Shown piece after piece: positions 19,908 to 29,965 of a stretch of 64,000 nt of DNA. The notes beneath the pieces were generated by a model that saw only the letters and a list, made by a program, of their open reading frames with translations, was not told the DNA's origin and made no database searches. A program made the position numbers and the translations under genes. Source of the stretch: Methanothermococcus sp. Ax23 (GTDB taxonomy: Archaea; AGJL01; Methanococci; Methanococcales; Methanococcaceae); contig NZ_CP157522.1 of the NCBI RefSeq assembly GCF_049075655.1, positions 736,001 through 800,000 of the forward strand, given 5' to 3'. Position 1 is the first letter of the stretch. The number at the start of each line of letters is the position of its first letter.

Positions 19908-20070
19908 ATCCGAAATATCTATTGAACCATCTTTATAATAAACATATTTTGATATAATATAAAAGTTTTTTTAATTCATACATATAAATTTTTATTTAAA
20001 TCAATTGAATATTTGAATTAATTCAAACAAAAAATAGAAATAGATATAAAAATAAATAAAAACAAAAGAA
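19728..20070. repeat. ~340-bp direct repeat, copy 2
   Basis: Matches 12998-13340. Confidence 0.9.
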
Positions 20071-20191
20071 ATTAAAATTAATATAATGATTTACACTGCC
20101 TTGATTGATAAACCTAAATTTTATTATTCTGAACGAAGTGAGGGAGATTAAAAACCGAAGGTTTTTATTATCTTAAATTCCAGGGAGTTAT

Positions 20192-20383
20192 ATGGGTTCA
20201 ATAAATTCAATTCAATTGGCTTATGAATTTGTTTTATCTATTATTATGGGTATCATTATCGGTTATTTTTTATCAAACTACTACGATAACAATGTATTTA
20301 TTGTGGTAGGATTTTTGATTGGAGTTCTGATGGCTTTTTTAAGATTTGCTAAATTGATAAGAAGCAGAGAAAAAAGAAAGTAA
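20192..20383 (+). CDS. Small 2-TM protein (AtpZ/AtpI-like)
   Basis: Two hydrophobic helices, GGGAG RBS. Confidence 0.6.
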   Translation: MGSINSIQLAYEFVLSIIMGIIIGYFLSNYYDNNVFIVVGFLIGVLMAFLRFAKLIRSREKRK

Positions 20384-20434
20384 TAAAAACAAAAAGGAAA
20401 TTATAATAAAATAATATAAACTATCGGTGATATT

Positions 20435-21424
20435 TTGGAATTAATTACAAGGGAAGAATCAAAAACAAATTATGAATATGGTTGTAATCCATACAACAGA
20501 CCTATATGTGAGCTCTTACAAAACGGTCTTGTTGTAATCGATAAACCATCTGGACCTACATCTCATGAGGTTTCATCATGGGTAAAAAAGATACTAAAAC
20601 TGAACCTTGCAGGACATGCTGGAACCCTTGACCCTAAGGTAACGGGAGTTTTACCTGTTGCACTTGAAAATACAACAAAATGCATACCAATTTGGCATAT
20701 GCTTCCAAAGGAGTATGTGTGCTTAATGCACCTTCATAGAGATGCAGAAGAAGAGGATATAAAACGTATTTTTAAGGAATTTACAGGAAGGATATTTCAA
20801 AGACCACCATTAAAGGCGGCTGTGAAGAGAAGTTTAAGAATAAGAAAAATATACGAGCTCAAAATTCTTGAAATGGATAGAAGGGATATTTTATTTAAGG
20901 TAAGATGCCAATCTGGAACATATATAAGAACACTTGCGGAAGATATTGGAGAAGCACTTGGAACATCGGCTCATATGCAGGAGCTCAGGCGAACTAAAAG
21001 CGGACCCTTTGGAGAAGATGAAGCTGTTTATTTGCAGGATTTGGCTGATGCCTACATATTTTGGAAAGAAGAGGGGGACGAGGAAGAGCTGAGAAAAATA
21101 GTAAAACCTATGGAATACGGACTTCAACACTTAAAAAAGATTGTAATAAAAGATAGTGCTGTGGATGCAGTTTGTCATGGTGCGGATGTATATTTGAACG
21201 GTATTGCAAAACTTAGTAAAGGAATAGGCATTGATGAGACTGTTTTAATAGAGACCTTAAAGGGAGAGGCAGTGGCAATAGGGAAGGCATTATTAAGCAC
21301 AAAAAATATATTAAAAGAGACAGAATATAACAATCCAGTAGTGGATACTGAAAGGGTGTTGATGAAGCCCGGAACATATCCAAGAATGTGGAAAACGAAA
21401 AAAGGTAAAAGTAAGAAAAAATAA
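20435..21424 (+). CDS. cbf5: H/ACA pseudouridine synthase Cbf5 (TruB family)
   Basis: DKPSGPTSHEV, GHAGTLDP, SGTYIR, PUA domain. Confidence 0.95.
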   Translation: MELITREESKTNYEYGCNPYNRPICELLQNGLVVIDKPSGPTSHEVSSWVKKILKLNLAGHAGTLDPKVTGVLPVALENTTKCIPIWHMLPKEYVCLMHLHRDAEEEDIKRIFKEFTGRIFQRPPLKAAVKRSLRIRKIYELKILEMDRRDILFKVRCQSGTYIRTLAEDIGEALGTSAHMQELRRTKSGPFGEDEAVYLQDLADAYIFWKEEGDEEELRKIVKPMEYGLQHLKKIVIKDSAVDAVCHGADVYLNGIAKLSKGIGIDETVLIETLKGEAVAIGKALLSTKNILKETEYNNPVVDTERVLMKPGTYPRMWKTKKGKSKKK

Positions 21425-21452
21425 AATCAAACTAAAAAAATATGGTGATATT

Positions 21453-21653
21453 ATGAAAATAGAAATAAATGAAAACTACTGCAAAGGCTGTGATATCTGC
21501 ATATTTGTGTGCCCAAGAGATGTTTTTGTGAAATCCGATAAATTGAACAAAAAAGGAGTTTATCCACCTATTGCGGAGAATCCTGAAAAATGCACAAATT
21601 GTCAATTATGCGTTTTACAGTGTCCTGACCAGGCAATAACTGTTGAAGAATAA
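21453..21653 (+). CDS. 2[4Fe-4S] ferredoxin
   Basis: Two CxxCxxCxxxCP motifs. Confidence 0.9.
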   Translation: MKIEINENYCKGCDICIFVCPRDVFVKSDKLNKKGVYPPIAENPEKCTNCQLCVLQCPDQAITVEE

Positions 21654-21674
21654 TAAAAATAAAAAAGGAATATT

Positions 21675-22364
21675 ATGGAATATGGTATAGCCACAAAATT
21701 AAGCAAAATAAATAACGATTATTCCGAACTTTTAGAACTCAATAAAACCATCAGTTCTAATTTTGATTATCATGTAATTGATGCGGAGCTCCTACCACTT
21801 ACCGATGAAAATATTTTAAACAATCTAAAAAAATGTGTTTTAACAATCCAAAGTAAAAGGAAGGATGCCTTTGAACTGCTTGAATTATATTCTTCCTATG
21901 ATTTTGATATATGTGTGGTGCTTGGAAATAATTTTTATCTATCTGAGGAAGAATCAAAATTGAAAAGAGATATAATTTTGAAAGTAATTAATAAAGCATT
22001 GGATAGATGCAGTAATAAAATATGGATAGGCACAGAAGGCGTTGAAGATATTGTAAAAAATGTCATTGAGGAAAATGATTTAATTGCCTATTATGTTTAT
22101 GGTGGAAAACATCCCCATATTAATTCAAAAAAAGCGGTTTATGCCCCTTTTGCAAATACCATTGATAAGGAAATACTTGAATCTATGAAAAATTATCTCA
22201 ATAGGAGAAAGAAATATAATGGAAATTATAATGATTTCATACTTTCTTTGGATAACCTTACAAAAAAGGAATTAAAAAATAAAAATGATATTATAATTGG
22301 ATATCCGATAAATAATGATGCCAATGAAATAGTTAATTTTAGAAAATATTTCAATGATATTTAA
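21675..22364 (+). CDS. Hypothetical protein
   Basis: 229-aa ORF with RBS; no recognised motif. Confidence 0.7.
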   Translation: MEYGIATKLSKINNDYSELLELNKTISSNFDYHVIDAELLPLTDENILNNLKKCVLTIQSKRKDAFELLELYSSYDFDICVVLGNNFYLSEEESKLKRDIILKVINKALDRCSNKIWIGTEGVEDIVKNVIEENDLIAYYVYGGKHPHINSKKAVYAPFANTIDKEILESMKNYLNRRKKYNGNYNDFILSLDNLTKKELKNKNDIIIGYPINNDANEIVNFRKYFNDI

Positions 22365-22921
22365 TTTTTAACAGCTTTCATAAATCTATCTTTTATAACA
22401 ATTGGGTGAATTGGAATGTTTTCTGTTTTTTCGTTATAAGGTATTGCCTTAGCAACAATTACCTTTGTTTTATTTTCATTTAGTGATTTTTTAATTACTT
22501 CCCTTAGTTCTTTTTCATCAGATACCTCTACGGCATCAATTCCACATGCCTGTGCTATTTTGCATAGATTTGTGCCATTTGTATGGGTTGGTTGGTTTCC
22601 TGTTGAACCGTAGGCAGAGTTATCCACAATCAATAGTATAAAATTGTCTGGTTTTGTGTGTCCTATTGTAGATAAAGAACCTAAATTCATTAGAACCGAA
22701 CCATCCCCATCTATTGATATTACCTTTTTATCTGTGGATAGGGCCAAACCTAGACCTATGGAAGAACATAATCCCATTGAGCCCAACATATAAAAATTTT
22801 CTTTTCTATCTTTTACATGATAGAGCTCCTTACTTGGAAATCCTATATTGCTTATTACCAACTCATCTTCCACATATTCCATTAAAATTTTTATTATATC
22901 GATTCTTCTTAATTTTTGCAA
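22361..22921 (-). CDS. comE: Sulfopyruvate decarboxylase beta subunit
   Basis: NFYMLGSMG; GDGSVLMN TPP-binding motif. Confidence 0.9.
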   Translation of the reverse strand: MQKLRRIDIIKILMEYVEDELVISNIGFPSKELYHVKDRKENFYMLGSMGLCSSIGLGLALSTDKKVISIDGDGSVLMNLGSLSTIGHTKPDNFILLIVDNSAYGSTGNQPTHTNGTNLCKIAQACGIDAVEVSDEKELREVIKKSLNENKTKVIVAKAIPYNEKTENIPIHPIVIKDRFMKAVKN

Positions 22922-22960
22922 ATTACCACCTAATTTTAAATATATTTTATTATGGATTAT

Positions 22961-23632
22961 TTATTTGTATTTTTCAATAATCTCTTTTAAATCCAGAATA
23001 CCTCTATGAATTGCAGTGGCTATCAGCACACCCTGAGCTCCTAAATCATAAGCATCTTTTAAGTCATTTTTATCTTTTATTCCACCGCCTATATAAATAG
23101 GGTTGTTTGTTTTATCTATTATATTTTTTATCAATTCTTTATTAATTCCCTTTTCAGTTCCAACAGATGATATATCCAATATAATTAACGGAATATTTTT
23201 ATTAATATTTCCCAATATGTCGTTTAGCTCATAATTTAATAATTTCCCATCTTTGAAATCCAAACTTAAAATAATGTTCTTATCATTTAAAATAGTTAAG
23301 TCATCTAATGTCTCTGTTCCAACAATTAATTTATCACAAATATTTAGGTTTCTCATATATTCTATATCTTTTTTAGTGCTTATTCCAGCATCTACAATTT
23401 TATAAATGTCGAGCTCCCTAATAATATTAAAATTATTTCCATTTTTCATTATGGCATCTAAATCAGCAATATATACTTTTTCTGCTCCATTTTCTTTATA
23501 TTTTTCTATTATGTCAATAGGATTTGATGAATCGCATAAAACAGTTTTTAAGGGTTTATATGTTTCTCTATTTCCGCTTTTCCCATGAACTGCAATATTG
23601 TTCATTATGTCTATTACTGGGATAATTTCCAT
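22961..23632 (-). CDS. HisA/HisF-related TIM-barrel protein
   Basis: IIPVID, YIADLDAI, YIGGGI; distinct from the true hisA at 43630. Confidence 0.8.
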   Translation of the reverse strand: MEIIPVIDIMNNIAVHGKSGNRETYKPLKTVLCDSSNPIDIIEKYKENGAEKVYIADLDAIMKNGNNFNIIRELDIYKIVDAGISTKKDIEYMRNLNICDKLIVGTETLDDLTILNDKNIILSLDFKDGKLLNYELNDILGNINKNIPLIILDISSVGTEKGINKELIKNIIDKTNNPIYIGGGIKDKNDLKDAYDLGAQGVLIATAIHRGILDLKEIIEKYK

Positions 23633-23836
23633 GACTACCCACCTTATAGCTTTAAATTTTTAAATTTTAAAAATTGATTTTTTTAGATTTTATACTTTAT
23701 TTATTTTTAAAGATTTGCCCATTACACTCGATAATCATAATACTAAAATTCTTAAATATATAAATATAAACTACTAAAATCCATACTATATAACCTAAAA
23801 TTAAATCATTAAAAAAGATTTTTTAATAATAAAGAA

Positions 23837-23869
23837 TTTGAAGAGTCCCAAAAAGGGTTCCTCTTCAAA
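23837..23869 (-). promoter_or_regulatory. SECIS element (fwuB 3' UTR)
   Basis: TTTGAAGAG-GAA-CCC-TTTTT-GGG-A-CTCTTCAAA, archaeal GAA/A motif. Confidence 0.9.
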
Positions 23870-23964
23870 GCAAAAACATTTTAATATTTTACAGGATTAG
23901 GATACCAGTTTGCAATATAGTTAGTTAGTATTTTAGTATTTACGATATTATATTACTTATTGAA

Positions 23965-25272
23965 TTACATCATTTCATCGACTTTTTTCATCAACATTTT
24001 GATGATTTCTCTATCAGGTAAAAGTCCTTCTGGTGCATCAATTACCTTTTTGAGCTCTATTGGAACACCATCCATCCTATAAGCGGTTCCTTCGACTTCA
24101 ACACCTGCTATTGCAGGAGGGATTATGATGTTTGCCAATTCAGTAGTCGGTGTTTGGTGAGGGTCAATACATACCAGAGGGATTCTTGCCATGTGTTTAA
24201 CTGCTTTTTGTGGGAAGTGAGCTCCTGGGTCAGATGCTATGTTAAGCATCATGTCAGTTTCTTCCCTTTGGAGGAGGTCATTTGCACAGGTTTCCCCAGG
24301 GTTGTATCTTGGATATCCTTTTGAGAAATCAACACCGAATGGATAACCAGTAATCCATGTGGAAACTTGGTTGAACCCATTCACATTGTAGTGCCCTCTC
24401 ATCGGCATCAATCCGAATTTTGTGTGGGCATTTAGGTCAATGATTAGCTCAATTGCGTTATCGACATTTCTGTGCTTTCCTCTGGACATTGTTACTCCCA
24501 TGGCAAAGAATAACTCCCCAAACTGAGCGTTTTTACAGATGTCCATTGCTTCGTAGATTGTTTCAGTAGGAACACCTGCAACTTCATCCACTTCTAATTC
24601 GAAGCCCTTCAATACTGCCCTCATAGCACTTACTAATTCATAGTCTTTATGAGGTTCGATTTGTAAATGGATATCTGCTAATTTCGCAGTGTCTGTCTTT
24701 CTTGGGTCTACAACAATCATTGTTCTGTCGTGTCTTCCTCTTTCTCTGAAAAACCCTCTGGCAAACACCGAATATCTACTCATATGTCTTGGGTGAGCAT
24801 GCATAGGGTTTGAACCCCAGAATATGACAACATCAGCTCTGTTTTTAACTTCTCCGCAGGTGCAAACTGGGTATCCTACATCCTGTAAAGCCAATACGGA
24901 AGGTCCGTGTCAAACACTAGCTGTGTTATCCAATACTGCCCCTATTTTTTCACCGAGCTCAACTGCTGCTTGGTGAGCATGGCATTCTGTCGCTGAGAAT
25001 CCATACATTAAAGGAAGTTTTGATTCAACTAATAATCTTGCAGTTTCTTCTATTGCAGTTTCGTAATCGGTTTTTTTGAAATCATCTTTTTTGTTCTCTC
25101 TCATTACAGGTTCTGTATATCTTACAGCACCTTCAAAATGTAAAAATTTTGCATTTCCTATTCTACAAGCATTCTTTGTTCCGACTATGTGACCATGTTC
25201 AACCATAATTTCTAAGTCGTCACAAAGGGTGCCGCAGAATGGACATACAACATTCTTTACTATTTCTACCAA
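23965..25272 (-). CDS. fwuB: Formylmethanofuran dehydrogenase subunit B, selenocysteine-containing
   Basis: Two ORFs joined by in-frame TGA at 24910-24912 (ASV-U-HGPS); SECIS downstream. Confidence 0.9.
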
Positions 25273-25327
25273 ATAAATCACCCCGCTTAGGGTATGTAAT
25301 ATTTTTTATATTATTAATTGCTGTTTT

Positions 25328-26476
25328 TTATCGCAATTCTAAAACTTTCTTTTTCTCTGCCTCTGCACATGAGAGGCAAAGGAGACACATGACACAGTAT
25401 CCTTTCAATGGGATTTTACCTTTACTTAATTTCAAAGTGTCCATTGGACATACTTCAACACATTTTCCACATTTATCACATAAGTGTGGGCTGAATTCTA
25501 TTCTGTTGTAGTCCTTTCCATTGTGATTTATTGAGCCCATCTTCAAAGCACCAGTTGGACATGCCACAGTGCATGCTCCACAAACTATACACATTTTTAT
25601 GGTTTTTGATTTTTTATCTGCAACTATGGCGTCTGTTGGACATACTTTTGCACATTTTTCCAATATATCGTAATCCTTCTCAATTATTACGAGACCTTCA
25701 TCTGTAATTGGATGAGCAGATTCGTATTTTACATCAAGTGTTAAAGCATCCACTGGACAGATATTCACACACAAATTACATGCTGGACATGCCACTGGAG
25801 TTTCAATCACAAGGTTTTCGTTATCAACTTTAATCATATTGCCAGGACATATTTCAGCACATTTGATACATCCAATACATTTTTCAGTATCCACTTCGAA
25901 TTTTAAGATTTCCTTCTTCCTCTTTTTAGGAATCTTTCCAGCGACAAATATTGCATTCCATGGACATGTCTGAGCACAAAGTGAGCAGTATATACATTTA
26001 TTCTTATCCACAACTGCTTTACCGTCTTCCATAGTAATAGCATCTACTGGACATACTGGAACGCACACTTCACACCCAACACAGGCATCAGTAACTGCTA
26101 TTGGGTCCTTTGGAATGTTTATTTCTTTTTTAGGTTTTTCTACCAGTCCTGGGATTGATATAATTTCAATCGGACATACTTCAACACATTTTTTACATAA
26201 AACACAGTGTCCCTTTGAGTATGGGAATGTATCATCTACTTTCTTTATCTTTGTTGGGCACACTTCTGCACATGCCCCACATTTTTTACATTTTGTTGGA
26301 TTGTAGTTTATCTTATCATCCAATTCTGACAAAGCCCCTGTTGGACACACCTGCGTACACTGCATACACAAGGTGCATGTCTTAAAGGGGGCTATCTCTA
26401 TGGCATCTGTTGGACAGACCGCCGCACATGCATTACACACTAAGCATGCATCCTCTTGAATCTTTATTCCTTCCAA
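25328..26476 (-). CDS. vhuB: Polyferredoxin VhuB
   Basis: Many CxxCxxCxxxCP repeats; operon position. Confidence 0.9.
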   Translation of the reverse strand: MEGIKIQEDACLVCNACAAVCPTDAIEIAPFKTCTLCMQCTQVCPTGALSELDDKINYNPTKCKKCGACAEVCPTKIKKVDDTFPYSKGHCVLCKKCVEVCPIEIISIPGLVEKPKKEINIPKDPIAVTDACVGCEVCVPVCPVDAITMEDGKAVVDKNKCIYCSLCAQTCPWNAIFVAGKIPKKRKKEILKFEVDTEKCIGCIKCAEICPGNMIKVDNENLVIETPVACPACNLCVNICPVDALTLDVKYESAHPITDEGLVIIEKDYDILEKCAKVCPTDAIVADKKSKTIKMCIVCGACTVACPTGALKMGSINHNGKDYNRIEFSPHLCDKCGKCVEVCPMDTLKLSKGKIPLKGYCVMCLLCLSCAEAEKKKVLELR

Positions 26477-26592
26477 TGTAAAACCCCCGTTGATTTTTTG
26501 AGTAATAAAACCGAAGGTTTATTTTTTTTCATCCTCCGGCTATACGAGGAGTATTTTTTTAAGTTGTAATTTACCTCCTGCATAGAAGGCAT

Positions 26593-26629
26593 CTCCTGCA
26601 ACCTCCCTTTATGGGTTCGGTTGAAGGAG
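26593..26629 (-). promoter_or_regulatory. SECIS element (vhuU)
   Basis: CTCCTTCAACC-GAA-CCC-ATAAA-GGG-A-GGTTGCAGGAG. Confidence 0.9.
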
Positions 26630-26630
26630 T

Positions 26631-26768
26631 TTATTCATCTTTAACTAATTCAAATATCACTTCGCCCTTTTCATTTTTAACTATCATGTGGGCAGCACAT
26701 GAGTATCATGGGTCGTAAGCTCTTAAAACGATTTCTATCAAATTCAATTTTTTTTCATCTATTTCCAT
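26631..26768 (-). CDS. vhuU: [NiFeSe] hydrogenase small selenopeptide VhuU
   Basis: [27 protein letters not shown], TGA at 26706-26708; absent from the ORF track. Confidence 0.92.
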
Positions 26769-26863
26769 ACCTATCACCAAAGGAATGGGGGATAATTTAT
26801 TAATGAATATTATTAATTTATCGATATACTATATTTTAAATTTTGTTCTTTTAATTTTATTAA

Positions 26864-28120
26864 TTATTTAAATATCTCTGTCGCAGCCTGCTGAATCGCT
26901 TTTTCCATTGTAGGCACATTGTGTGTTGATGCTACAATCATATTTGCCTTTACAACAATTCCATTGTCGTCTGTTTCATAATTGTGTATTAAAATTCCTC
27001 TTGGAGCCTCTACGACTCCAACACCATTTCCTGCCTTTGGCTCTACTTCCGCTTTTACATCTGTTGATGTAATTTCACTGTCGTTTAAGAGTTCTTTGGT
27101 TCTTTCACATGCTGCAAGCACTTCTATCAATCTTGCATGGTTGTATGCCAAAGACTGGTTTGCTGGATTTCCAAATATCTCTGCAAATTCTTTTCTAGCT
27201 TCTTCTGCTAGTGGTGTTGCCATACTGTCACATACATTCATCATTGCCAATGGACCTACTCTGTAAAGACCTTCTGGATATCCAACTTTTTTGTTGTATG
27301 GGTATTTTGAGTAAGTATGTGGTTCAGTATGTTCTCCAATATAATCTAAGTACTCATCAGGTTTGAATTCCATTTTTTCTTTACCATCTGGTGAAACAAA
27401 CCTAAGGGTGTCATCATAGAAGTTATGTTTGCCATCTTTTACCATACCTAAATACCATGTATCGATTACACCCAAAGATTTTACTTCGTCCATATACTGT
27501 TCATTTAATGATTTTATCAAGTCTATACCATCTTTCGCATATTCAATCATTGTGTCTATTTCTTGTAAGAATTCGTCTCTCTCTTCTTCTTTTAATACCT
27601 TGGAGATTCCACCAGGTATTCCAGAAACTGGGTGGATAGGTCTTCCTCCGATTTTTTCAACTAATGTCTGACCGAATTTTCTTAATGCTATTGCTTTTTT
27701 AGCTACTTCGGGAGCTTTATCTATGACTCCAACTATATTTCTAACAGCAGGGTCTGCATCTGGACCCAATACGAAGTCAGGAGCTGCCAAGTAGTAAAAA
27801 TGCAATGCATGGCTGTGTATCATATTACCCATATGCATTAATTCCCTAAGTTTGTTAGCTGCGCTTGGTATTTCTGCTCCCCATGCTGCATCAACTGCCT
27901 TAACACTTGCAAGGTGGTGAGCTGTCTGACATATACCACAAATTCTTGGAACAATTCTTGGAACTTCTTCAGCAGGTCTCCCTACAACAAACTGCTCAAA
28001 CCCTCTTAGTGCAGTAATATGCAACTTAACATCTTTTGGTTTTCCTGACTCATCCAATGTAATTGTAACTTTTCCATGCCCTTCAACACGGCTTAATGGT
28101 TCTATTGTAATTTTGCCCAT
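26864..28120 (-). CDS. vhuA: F420-non-reducing hydrogenase large subunit
   Basis: RVEGH, PRICGIC, VEAPRG; lacks the C-terminal DPC motif, which VhuU supplies. Confidence 0.95.
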   Translation of the reverse strand: MGKITIEPLSRVEGHGKVTITLDESGKPKDVKLHITALRGFEQFVVGRPAEEVPRIVPRICGICQTAHHLASVKAVDAAWGAEIPSAANKLRELMHMGNMIHSHALHFYYLAAPDFVLGPDADPAVRNIVGVIDKAPEVAKKAIALRKFGQTLVEKIGGRPIHPVSGIPGGISKVLKEEERDEFLQEIDTMIEYAKDGIDLIKSLNEQYMDEVKSLGVIDTWYLGMVKDGKHNFYDDTLRFVSPDGKEKMEFKPDEYLDYIGEHTEPHTYSKYPYNKKVGYPEGLYRVGPLAMMNVCDSMATPLAEEARKEFAEIFGNPANQSLAYNHARLIEVLAACERTKELLNDSEITSTDVKAEVEPKAGNGVGVVEAPRGILIHNYETDDNGIVVKANMIVASTHNVPTMEKAIQQAATEIFK

Positions 28121-28174
28121 TTAGAGTCACCATATTTTACTTTATTATGTTATATTATTAAATTCAAATGTTTA

Positions 28175-29041
28175 TTATTTTTCTACTTTTTTGGATATCA
28201 ATGCAGCAGCCATTGAAAACCTATTGAATAATGCCACTTTATCTGTAATTTCTAAAGCTGCATCTCCTGAAGCCGCATATGCATTTGCTGCCGCAGCTCC
28301 CTGGTCAAGGACTGCATCTGTTTTTCCAAAGCATCCTCTACATGGCACACCTGAATTTGGGCACATTGCCCCACATCCTGCCCTTGTAGCCATACCTATG
28401 CAGGTATATCCCTGTTCAAATAAACATCTTTCAGGGTCTGGCGTTCCTTCAAATGTCCTTTTAAATTTCTCAGGATATGTCCCTTCTTTTTTCCTTGGGC
28501 ATTCATCACATACAATTTTTGTTGATATTTGAGGTTCTCTCCCTTCCAAAAGTGCAACAATAACTTCTGCGTTATGTTCTGGTTTTGGAGGACATCCCGG
28601 CAATACTAAATCAACCTTTATTATATCAGATACCGGCTTTACAGTATCTAATAATTCAGGCACACAATCATTTGGAACTTCACCCGGGTTATCTGATGAT
28701 TCTGTTGAATAAGCCTCTTTCATGAGATTTTCTTTTGAATACAAATTGCCAAGTGCAGGAATACCACCAAATGCCGCACAAGTTCCCCATGCAACTACTA
28801 TTTTTGATTTCTCTCTAATTTCTTCAATGAGATGTTTATCATGTTCGTTCCGAGCTCCGCCTTCAATACAGAACACATCAATGCCATCAGGAATCTCTTT
28901 TGCATCTGCCACAATAGGTGCATAAACTATCTCCAAGTTTGGAAGGACATCGAGCAGTTTTTCATGCAAATCCAATAATGACATGTGGCATCCAGAACAT
29001 CCGCATAACTGTATCAGTCCTATTTTAACCTTGTCTGCCAT
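28175..29041 (-). CDS. vhuG: F420-non-reducing hydrogenase small subunit
   Basis: CGCSGC, GTCA, PGCPP. Confidence 0.95.
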   Translation of the reverse strand: MADKVKIGLIQLCGCSGCHMSLLDLHEKLLDVLPNLEIVYAPIVADAKEIPDGIDVFCIEGGARNEHDKHLIEEIREKSKIVVAWGTCAAFGGIPALGNLYSKENLMKEAYSTESSDNPGEVPNDCVPELLDTVKPVSDIIKVDLVLPGCPPKPEHNAEVIVALLEGREPQISTKIVCDECPRKKEGTYPEKFKRTFEGTPDPERCLFEQGYTCIGMATRAGCGAMCPNSGVPCRGCFGKTDAVLDQGAAAANAYAASGDAALEITDKVALFNRFSMAAALISKKVEK

Positions 29042-29080
29042 TTAATCACCCAATATATGGAATAAAATTTAAAAAAGTAA

Positions 29081-29560
29081 TTACCTCCCACATTGGAGGC
29101 AGTCATTCCACAGGTCCTTTCGGTTCCCCATGGAATTCATCCTTTTTATTACATTTAAGCTTTGAGAAGGGTTCGGACCTAATTTTTTAACTCTTTCAGT
29201 CATCTCATTTACAGCTTCAACGAACTTACCAGCATCAGCACCACTCATGAAGTACATTTCAATTCTCTCTCCGCCAATGCCGAGCTCGTCTAAAAGCTGT
29301 TTTGTGAGTTTGACCCTCTCTTCAGCTTTGAAGTTTCCGCTTTCGAATGCACATTCGTTAGGTTTTCACCCTGCAACGAATATTGCGTCAGCACCTTTTT
29401 GGAATGCCCTTAATGCGTAGGTAATGTCAAATTTACCTGTGCATGGCACTCTTATGGGTCTGACTGATGCAGGGTATTGCATTCTGCTTGTTCCAGCTAA
29501 ATCTGCTGCACCATATCCTCACTGGTAGCAGACAAATGCCATAATAACTGGTTCAGCCAT
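29081..29560 (-). CDS. vhuD: VhuD (MvhD), two selenocysteines
   Basis: FVCYQ-U-GY (TGA 29519-29521), VAG-U-KPNEC (TGA 29366-29368), VPCTG; the expected end near 29155 is shifted by an extra base. Confidence 0.9.
29105..29136 (-). promoter_or_regulatory. SECIS element (vhuD)
   Basis: TTCCATGGG-GAA-CC-GAAA-GG-A-CCTGTGGAA. Confidence 0.9.
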
Positions 29561-29780
29561 GTTATCACCAGGTTTTTATCTTTTAATTAAACCCGAAGAG
29601 TCTTAATTTCTCAAAATCTCTCCGAGATTTTGCAATGGCAATAACATTTGCGAAATTTTTATTTCGCCTGATGTTATCGCCTTTTTTATTTAATTTTTAC
29701 GTTACTATTTTTTATTTTATTTTTATTTACAGTTATTTTAGATGATTGGTAAGACCATTAAGAGCAACATAGCTCCCATC

Positions 29781-29813
29781 AGCACCACCCTGGCAGAGCC
29801 TTCGGATGATGCC
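29781..29813 (-). promoter_or_regulatory. SECIS element (hdrA)
   Basis: GCATCATCC-GAA-GGC-TCT-GCC-A-GGGTGGTGC. Confidence 0.88.
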
Positions 29814-29965
29814 TCATCTGATGAATCTTAACCACCCTATTTATTATATGATTATTTTTGCTGAGGTATTGGTATTGAGAATTTTATTGTTTAAAGATTA
29901 ATTATTAATTTCAGAGTATGCCATTCCACAAGATGTTTTTTAGTTATTATTTGTTGATTTGTTTT

